Assembly (NCBI GenBank): GCA_049666645.1
Contig: JBATHI010000028.1
Location: forward strand, 1-39,173
Direction: 5' to 3'
DNA: 39,173 bases
DNA from: Flavobacteriaceae bacterium
GTDB lineage: Bacteria > Bacteroidota > Bacteroidia > Flavobacteriales > Flavobacteriaceae
In this document: piece by piece, positions 1 through 8,848 of the stretch
Layout: each line of letters opens with the position of its first letter
Position numbering within the stretch: the stretch's first letter is position 1
Notes under the pieces: model-generated
Databases searched by the model: none
What the model was told of the DNA's origin: nothing
What the model saw: the letters and a program-made list of their open reading frames with translations, nothing else
Position numbers and translations under genes: made by a program

Positions 1-534
1 TGTGCCGTGGGTAAGGTATTTCAGGTATTCTCCTCTGAATTGCCCACCATCGTTGCAATGGATGTCGAGGAACGGAACAACGGGTTAAGGATCAGCGTTC
101 AAACGGCCGGTATTGGGAACTACGAATATGCTTTGGATGATCCCACGGGACCCTATCAGGAAAGCAATGTGTTCGAAAATGTAGCGACCAACGTGACCAA
201 AATCTATGTCAGGGATAAAAACGGGTGTGGTTTAGTGGAACAGCGCATCATTCAAGGCCCGGTTAAGGAGGATTTTCCAACTTTCTTTACCCCGAACGGG
301 GATAACGTGAATGACTATTGGCAATTTATACCCAGAGCAGAAAGTGGAGTAGCCGTACTTGAAATCATCCATATCTATGACCAGTTCGGAAATTTGGTGG
401 CGCAGTTGAATCCAAACTCACAAGGTTGGGATGGCACACAGAATGGCAGGCCCTTGCCTTCGTCCGATTACTGGTTCAGGGCCATATCCACAAAAAACGA
501 AAAAATCGTAGGGCATTTTACACTAAAGCGATGA
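1..534 (+). CDS. T9SS type B sorting domain-containing protein (gliding motility-associated C-terminal domain), 5'-truncated by window edge
   Basis: Frame is open from base 1 (CAVGKVFQ...). C-terminus FPTFFTPNGDNVNDYW...GWDGTQNGRPLPSSDYWF...GHFTLKR is the type-B CTD; YEYALD...YVRDKNGCG precedes it. Confidence 0.9.
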   Translation, partial: CAVGKVFQVFSSELPTIVAMDVEERNNGLRISVQTAGIGNYEYALDDPTGPYQESNVFENVATNVTKIYVRDKNGCGLVEQRIIQGPVKEDFPTFFTPNGDNVNDYWQFIPRAESGVAVLEIIHIYDQFGNLVAQLNPNSQGWDGTQNGRPLPSSDYWFRAISTKNEKIVGHFTLKR

Positions 535-574
535 AACAAAATTGCACTATCTTAGCATGCTTCGAAAAGGAGAA

Positions 575-1987
575 ATGAAAGGAACGCTGACATACCTGCT
601 GATGATCTTGTTTGGAGCCACCTTGCACGGACAAAGCTGCCCACGAATCAGCACCCCGCTAAATGGCTCCACCGGTGTTCCGGTGGACGTCACCATCCGT
701 TGGCCGGTAGTCGATGGTATCGTGGGATATCTCATTTCGTTGGGGACCACGCCGGGAGGAACCGACATACTCAACAGAAGATCGGCAGGGCTTACCAATT
801 CCTTTACACCAGAAGTTGGCCTTCCGGAAGATACAGTGATTTATGTAACCATCAGCCTTTTCCTGCCGGACGCCCCTTTGATCATTTGCCCTGGGGAGTC
901 GTTCCGAACCGTGGATGTGACCACGCCACCGCCCTGTACGCGGTTGGCCTATGCCAATGACCTGCCAGATAATGCCAGGAACAGGATCAATTGGGCATAT
1001 GCTTCCACTGCAACGGGCTATCGAATCACGGTGGGAACCAGTCCGGGTGGCAGCGAGATCGCGGACGGCCTCGATGTGGGCAACGTACTATCGTACAGAC
1101 CTGTTCCCGATCTGCTGCTGGACACCGATTACTACGTACAAATCGAACCCTACAACGAAAATGGCTCGAGCGGCCCATGTGGTTATGAGGTATTGAACAC
1201 ATCCGCACCTGCTTTGGATTGTGACACCTTTGGGCCGAATATCGGATTGCCCGAACAAATCGGCCTATGCCTGAACGATCTGCCGTCAATAATCGCGAGT
1301 GAAGCCAATGCCGAAGGATATCGATGGTTCCGCATCAATGAAGATTCGAGCGAGACCCTGATCTCGGAAGCGGCCGAAATAGCGATAGATGCCCTGGGAC
1401 GTTACCGGTTGGAAGCCTACAACACCGTAAACCAGTTTAGCATCGTTCAGGTGTGTGCAAGATCTCACGAATTTGTGGTCATCCGGTCCGAATTGCCCAC
1501 TATTGATAATATTACCCTTGATCGGGACAGCCCAGGACTCAGGATCAGCGTGGGCGCTAGTGGCAGTGGTGATTATGAGTATGCCCTGGATTTCGAAAAT
1601 GGGAGATATCAAGACAGTCCTGTTTTCAATAACGTGCCGATAGGAGAACACACCGTATATGTAAGGGACAAGAATGGCTGTGGCATTGCGAGCCGAATTG
1701 TTGACGCCGGCATTACAGCAAGGGATTTTCCAGCTTTCTTTACCCCGAATGGCGATGGTGTGAACGATTACTGGCAGTTTGCACCAGAGTCGATAAACAA
1801 CGAAATCAATGTGGAATATATCCGTATTTTCGGTCGTGGAGGTGATTTTTTGGCTCAAATAGATCCCAGATCTGAAGGCTGGGACGGAAACTTTCAAGGC
1901 CTACCGTTGCCTCCGTCCGACTATTGGTTCAAAGCGATCACTTTCAACGGGCAAGAAGTTCAAGGACATTTTTCGTTGAAACGCTAG
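575..1987 (+). CDS. T9SS type B sorting domain-containing secreted protein with two FN3-like repeats
   Basis: Signal peptide MKGTLTYLLMILFGATLHG-Q; repeats ISLGTTPGGTDI and ITVGTSPGGSEI; CTD FPAFFTPNGDGVNDYW...GHFSLKR. ATG 575 chosen; in-frame alternatives at 557 and 542. Confidence 0.88.
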   Translation: MKGTLTYLLMILFGATLHGQSCPRISTPLNGSTGVPVDVTIRWPVVDGIVGYLISLGTTPGGTDILNRRSAGLTNSFTPEVGLPEDTVIYVTISLFLPDAPLIICPGESFRTVDVTTPPPCTRLAYANDLPDNARNRINWAYASTATGYRITVGTSPGGSEIADGLDVGNVLSYRPVPDLLLDTDYYVQIEPYNENGSSGPCGYEVLNTSAPALDCDTFGPNIGLPEQIGLCLNDLPSIIASEANAEGYRWFRINEDSSETLISEAAEIAIDALGRYRLEAYNTVNQFSIVQVCARSHEFVVIRSELPTIDNITLDRDSPGLRISVGASGSGDYEYALDFENGRYQDSPVFNNVPIGEHTVYVRDKNGCGIASRIVDAGITARDFPAFFTPNGDGVNDYWQFAPESINNEINVEYIRIFGRGGDFLAQIDPRSEGWDGNFQGLPLPPSDYWFKAITFNGQEVQGHFSLKR

Positions 1988-2057
1988 ATCACGGCCTGAA
2001 TCCAAAATACTTGTGAAGCCCACCATAAAATTACCGCCGATTGGCTATTTTTAAGGA

Positions 2058-4046
2058 ATGAAATTTAAGGTAGTATCCGAATTCAAGCCCACTGGCGATC
2101 AACCTGAAGCGATCAAACAACTTGTGGAAGGGGTCAACGCCAAGGAACGCCACCAGACCCTTTTGGGCGTCACTGGTTCCGGCAAGACCTTTACCGTAGC
2201 CAACCTGATCGAACAGGTGCAGCGCCCCACTTTGGTATTGGCCCATAACAAAACCTTAGCGGCCCAACTGTATTCGGAGTTCAAGCAATTTTTTCCGGAA
2301 AATGCCGTGGAATACTTTGTCTCCTACTATGATTATTATCAACCGGAAGCCTATATCCCCAGCTCGGGACTTTATATCGAAAATGATCTGTCGATCAATG
2401 AAGATATCGAAAAATTAAGGTTGAGCGCCACCTCTTCATTGCTGTCGGGGAGAAGGGATGTTTTGGTCGTGGCTTCGGTTTCCTGTCTCTATGGCATCGG
2501 AAACCCCGTAGAGTTTCAGAAAAATGTGATCAATATCCAAAAAGACCAGGTCATCGCAAGAACCAAGTTCCTTCACCAATTGGTGCAGGGCCTGTATTCA
2601 AGGACGGCGGCAGACTTCAGAAATGGTAATTTTAGGGTAAAAGGCGATGTGGTGGATGTATTTCCAAGTTATGCGGATCACGCTTTCCGAATCCATTTTT
2701 TTGGGGATGAAGTTGAGCAAATCGAGGCCTTTGATCCTTTCAACAATAATGTGATCGAAGTTTACGAAACCCTGAACATCTATCCGGCGAACATGTTCGT
2801 GACCTCCCAGGACGTACTTCAAAATGCCATCCACCAAATACAGGACGATCTGACCAAACAAATCGATTATTTCAGGGAAATAGGAAAACCTTTGGAGGCA
2901 AAACGATTGGAAGAACGCACCAATTTCGATCTGGAAATGATTAGGGAGCTGGGCTACTGCTCAGGAATCGAAAATTATTCGAGATACCTGGATGGCCGTG
3001 AACCCGGCACCCGGCCATTCTGCCTTCTGGATTATTTTCCGGATGATTATTTGATGGTCATCGATGAAAGCCATGTAACCATTCCCCAAGTCCATGCGAT
3101 GTACGGGGGCGACCGTTCCCGAAAGGTGAATCTGGTGGACTACGGTTTCCGATTGCCCGCGGCAATGGATAATCGTCCCTTAAAATTTGAGGAGTTCGAA
3201 GCGTTGCAGAACCAGGTGATCTTTGTCAGCGCCACCCCCGCGGATTACGAACTTCAGTTGAGTCAAGGCGTTTTCGTGGAACAGGTTATCAGGCCTACGG
3301 GATTACTGGATCCAATCATTGAGGTAAGGCCCAGCCTTAACCAAATCGACGACCTGGTGGAAGAAATACAATTGCGGGTGGAAAAGGATGAGAGGACCCT
3401 GGTGACCACCTTGACAAAACGAATGGCCGAGGAGTTGGCAAAATACCTGGCAAGGATCAATGTGCGCTGCAGGTATATCCATAGTGATGTGGATACCCTC
3501 GAAAGGGTAGAAATCATGCAGGATCTCAGAAAAGGTGTTTTTGATGTCTTGATCGGTGTCAACCTGTTACGGGAAGGTTTGGATCTGCCAGAGGTATCAC
3601 TGGTGGCCATTTTGGACGCCGATAAGGAAGGTTTTTTGCGCAGTAACCGATCATTGACGCAGACCGTGGGCAGGGCGGCCAGGCATCTCAGTGGCAAGGC
3701 CATTATGTACGCCGATAAAATCACTGCCAGCATGCAGCGCACGATCGATGAGACCATTTACAGACGCGAGAAACAAACCGCTTACAACCTGGAACATAAT
3801 ATTACCCCTACGGCATTGAACAAGAGCCTTGACAATGTCCTGGCAAAAAATTCAGTGTCGACCTATCATTTTCAGAAAGAGGAACTCCGTGCGGCCGAAC
3901 CGGATTTGGAGTACCTTACCAAGGATCAGATCGAAAAATTGATTCGTGACAAAAGGAAAGCCATGGAAAAGGCGGCCAAGGAATTGGATTTCATGCAAGC
4001 GGCTAAATTGAGGGACGAAATAAAAATGCTGCAGGAGCAAGACTGA
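2058..4046 (+). CDS. uvrB: Excinuclease ABC subunit B
   Basis: Walker A GVTGSGKT, beta-hairpin YYDYYQPEAY, DESH, GINLLREGLD-like motif (GVNLLREGLDLPEV), C-terminal UVR coil LDFMQAAKLRD. Confidence 0.98.
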   Translation: MKFKVVSEFKPTGDQPEAIKQLVEGVNAKERHQTLLGVTGSGKTFTVANLIEQVQRPTLVLAHNKTLAAQLYSEFKQFFPENAVEYFVSYYDYYQPEAYIPSSGLYIENDLSINEDIEKLRLSATSSLLSGRRDVLVVASVSCLYGIGNPVEFQKNVINIQKDQVIARTKFLHQLVQGLYSRTAADFRNGNFRVKGDVVDVFPSYADHAFRIHFFGDEVEQIEAFDPFNNNVIEVYETLNIYPANMFVTSQDVLQNAIHQIQDDLTKQIDYFREIGKPLEAKRLEERTNFDLEMIRELGYCSGIENYSRYLDGREPGTRPFCLLDYFPDDYLMVIDESHVTIPQVHAMYGGDRSRKVNLVDYGFRLPAAMDNRPLKFEEFEALQNQVIFVSATPADYELQLSQGVFVEQVIRPTGLLDPIIEVRPSLNQIDDLVEEIQLRVEKDERTLVTTLTKRMAEELAKYLARINVRCRYIHSDVDTLERVEIMQDLRKGVFDVLIGVNLLREGLDLPEVSLVAILDADKEGFLRSNRSLTQTVGRAARHLSGKAIMYADKITASMQRTIDETIYRREKQTAYNLEHNITPTALNKSLDNVLAKNSVSTYHFQKEELRAAEPDLEYLTKDQIEKLIRDKRKAMEKAAKELDFMQAAKLRDEIKMLQEQD

Positions 4047-4178
4047 ACATACGGTTTAAAAACGCAGCCCAATAGATATTTGTATCAGGTAATTCTTTCA
4101 AGTTTTTTTTCATATAAAGTAATATATTTACTTAGTATTCAATTATTTAATATTCATTTTTAGATTTGTCTAAAAAAC

Positions 4179-5759
4179 ATGCTTTACATATGCTTTCCTT
4201 TTTTCAAACGCTTTATCGATAAGGGCCATCAACCTCCAGCCTTCCTATTGACCGGATGTCTTATTTTCATGTTTGCTGCATGCTCTTGGGCTCAAAACTT
4301 TAAGGGCTCACCTTTGGCCCGGGCGGCCCATGAAAAATTCCCGGAAGCGGTCTCAGAACTTATTTCTTTTTTGGCGCTCCCCAACGATGGGCATTTTACC
4401 GACCAGGTCCAAAACAATTTGGCCTGGAGCAGGGAAGCCTTTGAGGCGCTGGATTTCAAGGTTCAGATCCTGCCCACCGAAGGCGCACCCCTGCTTTTCG
4501 CTGAAAAGCAATATGGTACAAAAAATAAAACCATCCTATTTTACCTTCAAATCGACGGCCAACCGGTGGATCGGCAAAAATGGAGCCAGCCCGATCCATT
4601 TATTGCGGTCATAAAAGCGAAAGATAGCATAACAGATACATGGCAGATTCTGGATCGGGCGGTATTGGGAACCGAATTCAATCCCGATTGGCGACTGTTT
4701 GCGCGATCGGTCTCGGACTCCAAAGGCCCGGCCATGGCCTTTATCAGTGCCCTGGACATTTTGAGGGACCAAAAAGTGAAACCCCGGTCCAACATCAAGG
4801 TGATCATGGATTTTCAGGAAGAAATGGGCTCCCCCTATTTGGCCGACGCGGTCGGAAAATACAAGGAACTCCTCGGTGCAGATATGATATTGATCATGGA
4901 TGGCACCCGTCATCCTTCGAACTTGCCCACGCTTACCTACGGCGCCAGGGGCATTGCCACCGCTACCTTAAAGGTTTTTGGACCCGTCTATCCATTGCAT
5001 AGCGGGCAGTATGGTAATTTCGCGCCCAATCCCGTATTCGAGACCGCCCGCCTGCTGGCCGGACTTAAAGATGAAAATGGAAGGGTGACCTTGCCGGGTT
5101 TTTATGATGGCATACACATTTCCGAGAAGGAAAAGATACTTTTGAACCAAGTACCCGAAGACGTTGAACGACTCAAAACCAGCCTCGGCATTTCAAGGAC
5201 CGATGGCATTGGCTCCACATATCAAGAAGCATTGCAATTCCCCACTTTGAATATTAGGGGATTGCAATCTGCCTGGGTGGGCACTGAGGTTCGCACCATA
5301 ATACCGTCAGAAGTAATAACAGAATTCGATATGCGCCTGGTACCCGAATCGGATGGAAAAAAGTTGATGGAGTTGTTGAAAAGCCACATTGTTCAACAGG
5401 GGTACCATTTGGTGGATTCGATGCCCACGACAAAAGAAAGAAAAACCTATCACAAACTGGCTTCCTTTCATTACCGTCTCGGCTCCCTGCCTTTTAGAAC
5501 CGATATGGACTCCCCCACCGGGGAATTCTTAAATCGTGCCTTGTCCAAGGTTTTTGGGGATCAGGTGGTAAACATGCGCACTACCGGGGGATCGCAACCC
5601 ATCGCACCTTTTATCAACACCTTGGGCATTCCGGCGGTTTCCATCAGAATACCCAATCCGGACAACAGCATCCATGCGCCGAACGAAAACCTGAGATTGG
5701 GCAACTTTTATGAGGGAATATTGAGTTGTTTGGCCATTCTGGATGAACCTTTCCGTTAA
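4179..5759 (+). CDS. M20/M25/M40 family metallo-hydrolase, probably exported
   Basis: Motifs QIDGQP, ARSVSDSKG, QEEMGS, LHSGQYGN, HAPNE; hydrophobic N-terminal segment ending in AWA-like SWA-Q. The true start may lie downstream. Confidence 0.85.
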   Translation: MLYICFPFFKRFIDKGHQPPAFLLTGCLIFMFAACSWAQNFKGSPLARAAHEKFPEAVSELISFLALPNDGHFTDQVQNNLAWSREAFEALDFKVQILPTEGAPLLFAEKQYGTKNKTILFYLQIDGQPVDRQKWSQPDPFIAVIKAKDSITDTWQILDRAVLGTEFNPDWRLFARSVSDSKGPAMAFISALDILRDQKVKPRSNIKVIMDFQEEMGSPYLADAVGKYKELLGADMILIMDGTRHPSNLPTLTYGARGIATATLKVFGPVYPLHSGQYGNFAPNPVFETARLLAGLKDENGRVTLPGFYDGIHISEKEKILLNQVPEDVERLKTSLGISRTDGIGSTYQEALQFPTLNIRGLQSAWVGTEVRTIIPSEVITEFDMRLVPESDGKKLMELLKSHIVQQGYHLVDSMPTTKERKTYHKLASFHYRLGSLPFRTDMDSPTGEFLNRALSKVFGDQVVNMRTTGGSQPIAPFINTLGIPAVSIRIPNPDNSIHAPNENLRLGNFYEGILSCLAILDEPFR

Positions 5760-5791
5760 AAAAAGCGCCCCTACCCATAGGGTAAGGACGC
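5758..5791 (-). terminator. Intrinsic terminator of hsp20
   Basis: Minus strand GCGTCCTTACCC-TAT-GGGTAGGGGCGC followed by a T run; pairs fully only on the minus strand (G-U pairs). Confidence 0.8.
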
Positions 5792-5865
5792 CTTTCAACT
5801 AACCAACTTAACCAACCATTATGAAATTCCACCGAGCGGTGGATACTCACAATATCTTCATCTAC

Positions 5866-6294
5866 TTATGATAATTCGATCATCCTTTTTGGCTTAGGCA
5901 ATGCCTCGGCTTTCTTGGGAAGTGTCAATCTTAAAATCCCATCTTGATACTTGGCCCCTATTTTGTCGGCGTTGATCGTTTTTGGCAAGGTGAAGGACCT
6001 TTTGAAAGCACTGTGCATAAATTCCCTTCTTGTGTAATTTTCTTCTTCTTTGGACGCTTCGGCTTTGGATTCGTAAGAAATGGTCAAGAGGTCATGATCC
6101 ACCTCAATGTTGAAATCCTCTTTTTTTCTTCCGGGAACGGAAAGTTCCAGGTTAAAATCTTTTTCACTTTCCATAATGTTGACCGCTGGCAAGGACTTGT
6201 TCAAATTCTCCATCCCGCCACCGAACCAGTCTGGACTAAAAAACTCATTCATCAAGGTAGGAAATACCAGGTTGTTTCTTTTTACGATACTCAT
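5866..6294 (-). CDS. Hsp20/alpha-crystallin family small heat shock protein
   Basis: PAVNI...LSVPG...REF...FKRSFTLP...AKYQDGILRLTLPK signature. Confidence 0.95.
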   Translation of the reverse strand: MSIVKRNNLVFPTLMNEFFSPDWFGGGMENLNKSLPAVNIMESEKDFNLELSVPGRKKEDFNIEVDHDLLTISYESKAEASKEEENYTRREFMHSAFKRSFTLPKTINADKIGAKYQDGILRLTLPKKAEALPKPKRMIELS

Positions 6295-6347
6295 GGCTAT
6301 AAATTTTAATGTTGATATATTTTTTTGTTTGTACTCACTTCCTATAG

Positions 6348-6364
6348 AGCAAATCCCATACCAA
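6348..6364 (-). promoter_or_regulatory. Putative sigma54 (-24/-12) promoter of hsp20
   Basis: Minus strand TTGGTATGGGATTTGCT has GG-N10-GC, close to consensus TGGCAC-N5-TTGCW, 54 bp upstream of the ATG. Confidence 0.6.
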
Positions 6365-6507
6365 CCCCATATTCATGCCTTTATGTCGGTATTATGGCAA
6401 GATTTACTGCCTTTTTGTCGTTTTTCCCTTCATGATACTCTTTTCCCTGGAAATGCCGCTACGATCGATCATTAATTAATGATAACTTGCCAAAAAAAAA
6501 GAATCTC

Positions 6508-6888
6508 ATGAGCAATAACGATGTGTTTAAGAAACTAAGGGTGGCCCTGATGCTCAGGGACGATGATATCGTGGACATTCTAAAATTGGTTGACTTCAAA
6601 ATCAACAAAACCGAACTGAGTGCTTTTTTCAGAAAGGAGGACCATCCCAACTATGTAGCCTGTGGCGATCAAATTCTTCGGAATTTTTTGAATGGCCTGG
6701 TCATCTATTTGAGGGGCACCAAGGAGCACCCCAAGTATCCGGGCGATGTCCTTGGAAAGGATAAAAAAGCCGCCAAAACGCCCTTGAGCGGGAACAAGAC
6801 CTCCAAACCAAGTTTCAAAGCGCAGCAACAGCATCGGATGGAAAGGGAAGTGAGTCCGGTACGGTATAAAAACAAGAAAAAATCCTGA
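6508..6888 (+). CDS. DUF1456 (YehS-like) family protein with basic tail
   Basis: MSNNDVFKKLRVALML...FFRKEDHPNY..CGDQILRNFLNGL pattern; ATG 6508 preferred over TTG 6487. Confidence 0.85.
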   Translation: MSNNDVFKKLRVALMLRDDDIVDILKLVDFKINKTELSAFFRKEDHPNYVACGDQILRNFLNGLVIYLRGTKEHPKYPGDVLGKDKKAAKTPLSGNKTSKPSFKAQQQHRMEREVSPVRYKNKKKS

Positions 6889-6928
6889 GCCTTTTATTTA
6901 GACCCAGGATTTTTGAACCATAAATGCA

Positions 6929-7267
6929 TTAGGCTGAAATCGATACCGATACGGTATATTTCTTTCCTTCCTCAAAGGAGGACAAATCTACTTCATGGTA
7001 ATTAAGGCTTGCCTTGATAAAGGCATCCAAAGTTGCGTCATCCGTGTCAACGGAGAGTACCACGATTTCCCTTGCACTGTTCAAGGTAAACAAAACCTGG
7101 GCGGTTTTGCCCTGTTCATCGGAGCTGAAATTGTTGTTCCTCAGCAAATCTTTGATTTGTTCAGATAGGCTTTTGGAAGGATCCTTTCCCTTAGTGGGAT
7201 TATTGGCCAACATACTTCCAGTGGAAAGTAGCATTGCAGCTACCAGTAACAAACTGATTTTTCTCAT
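6929..7267 (-). CDS. Hypothetical small secreted protein
   Basis: 112 aa with a clear signal peptide MRKISLLLVAAMLLSTGSMLA and an A-rich leader. Confidence 0.8.
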   Translation of the reverse strand: MRKISLLLVAAMLLSTGSMLANNPTKGKDPSKSLSEQIKDLLRNNNFSSDEQGKTAQVLFTLNSAREIVVLSVDTDDATLDAFIKASLNYHEVDLSSFEEGKKYTVSVSISA

Positions 7268-7310
7268 GATTTTTGTTTTTTAATTGATGATTAATTGATG
7301 AATTACTAAA

Positions 7311-7337
7311 TAGACGCTTCACTTCGGAGAATGTTAC
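7311..7337 (-). promoter_or_regulatory. Putative ECF sigma factor promoter
   Basis: Minus strand GTAAC-N16-CGTCTA, about 45 bp upstream of ATG 7267; fits the general ECF AAC/CGT pattern. Confidence 0.5.
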
Positions 7338-7438
7338 GGATATTTCCATTTTTAACAAATTTTTATTGGAATTCCATCGTCCGGTTGGTCCGGGAGAGGG
7401 GGGCAATCGGTTTTGGCAAGATCTTCATTCTAGGCCAT

Positions 7439-7463
7439 AAAAAAAACCGTGCAAGGCACGGCT
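7439..7463 (-). terminator. Intrinsic terminator of sucC
   Basis: Minus strand GCCGTGC-CTT-GCACGGT plus T run, about 30 bp after the sucC stop. Confidence 0.8.
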
Positions 7464-7490
7464 ATATGGAATTTACGGATATGACCAGGA

Positions 7491-8684
7491 CTAGGCCAGG
7501 ACCGCCTTTACCTTATCGGCCGCCTCTTGGAATTGAACGGCAGAATGAACGGCCAAACCGGAGTTGTCGATGATTTCCTTTGCCAACTCCGCATTGGTAC
7601 CCTGCAACCTTACGATGATGGGCACTTTTATGGCATCGCCCATATTTTTGTAGGCATCCACTATGCCGTGGGCCACCCGGTCACACCTTACAATGCCTCC
7701 GAAGATGTTGATCAATATCGCTTTCACGGCGGGATCTTTCAGGATAATCCGAAAAGCTTCCTCAACCCTTTTGGCGTCGGCCGTTCCACCAACGTCCAAG
7801 AAATTGGCGGGCTCTCCCCCGGCCATTTTGATCAAATCCATGGTTGCCATGGCCAGTCCGGCACCGTTGACCATACATCCAACGTTACCGTCGAGGTCAA
7901 CGTAATTCAGACCTACTTCACGGGCTTCCACCTCTATCGGGTTTTCTTCCCTCAAATCGCGCATCTCTGCATAGGCCTTTCTGCGGTAGAGGGCATTATC
8001 GTCGATCGATACTTTGGCGTCAACTGCCAGGATTTTATCGTCGGAAGTCTTTAAGACCGGATTGATTTCGAACATGTTCGAATCACTTTCCACATAGGCT
8101 CTATATAAGGAGGTCACGAACTTGGTCATTTCCTTAAAGGCATTGCCTGAAAGACCAAGGTTGAATGCTATCTTTCGTGCCTGAAAAGGCAAAATGCCGG
8201 TTGCCGGATTGATTTCCTCGGTAAATATTAAATGGGGCGTTTTTTCGGCCACTTCCTCTATGTCCATCCCGCCTTCCGTGGAATACATGATCATATTTCG
8301 TGCGGTTCCACGGTTGAGCAGCACCGACATATAGAACTCCTTGGTATCTCCGGGCCCTGGATAATAAACGTCTTCCGCGATCAAAACCTTGTGTACCCTT
8401 TTCCCCTGTGCAGAGGTTTGTGGGGTAATCAGGTTCATCCCGATAATCTTTCCGGCAATCTCTTCTACCTCCTTCAGGTTTTTGGCCAATTTGACCCCAC
8501 CTCCTTTTCCCCTGCCCCCTGCATGCACCTGTGCTTTGATGACGTGCCATCCGGTCCCGGTTTCCGCGGTCAGTTGTTTTGCGGCTTCCACGGCCTCCTT
8601 GGCATTGTGTGCTATGATGCCGCGCTGGATACGCACACCAAAACTGGCCAAAATTTCTTTTCCTTGGTATTCATGAAGGTTCAT
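7491..8684 (-). CDS. sucC: Succinyl-CoA ligase (ADP-forming) subunit beta
   Basis: MNLHEYQGK start (ATG 8684), KAQVHAGGRGKGGGV, NGAGLAMATMD, NIFGGIVRCD. Confidence 0.97.
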   Translation of the reverse strand: MNLHEYQGKEILASFGVRIQRGIIAHNAKEAVEAAKQLTAETGTGWHVIKAQVHAGGRGKGGGVKLAKNLKEVEEIAGKIIGMNLITPQTSAQGKRVHKVLIAEDVYYPGPGDTKEFYMSVLLNRGTARNMIMYSTEGGMDIEEVAEKTPHLIFTEEINPATGILPFQARKIAFNLGLSGNAFKEMTKFVTSLYRAYVESDSNMFEINPVLKTSDDKILAVDAKVSIDDNALYRRKAYAEMRDLREENPIEVEAREVGLNYVDLDGNVGCMVNGAGLAMATMDLIKMAGGEPANFLDVGGTADAKRVEEAFRIILKDPAVKAILINIFGGIVRCDRVAHGIVDAYKNMGDAIKVPIIVRLQGTNAELAKEIIDNSGLAVHSAVQFQEAADKVKAVLA

Positions 8685-8711
8685 ATGTGAGGTGTCTTTT
8701 AGGTTTGGAAG

Positions 8712-8719
8712 CAAAAATA
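8712..8719 (-). promoter_or_regulatory. Bacteroidota -7 promoter element of sucC
   Basis: TATTTTTG (TAnnTTTG) on the minus strand, 28 bp upstream of the ATG. Confidence 0.55.
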
Positions 8720-8848
8720 GCAAACGATTCGGATTTACACTAATCATTGGGACATCAAGCTGTGGGGGGATTATGCTCTTCTCGGCCAAAATTGGGATTT
8801 ACATTTCAAGAATGCAACCGTTAGGGGCGGTGCACCGACCATTATGGA

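Noticed and set aside
7491..8684. sucC without adjacent sucD
   Set aside because: Split sucC/sucD is usual in Bacteroidota.
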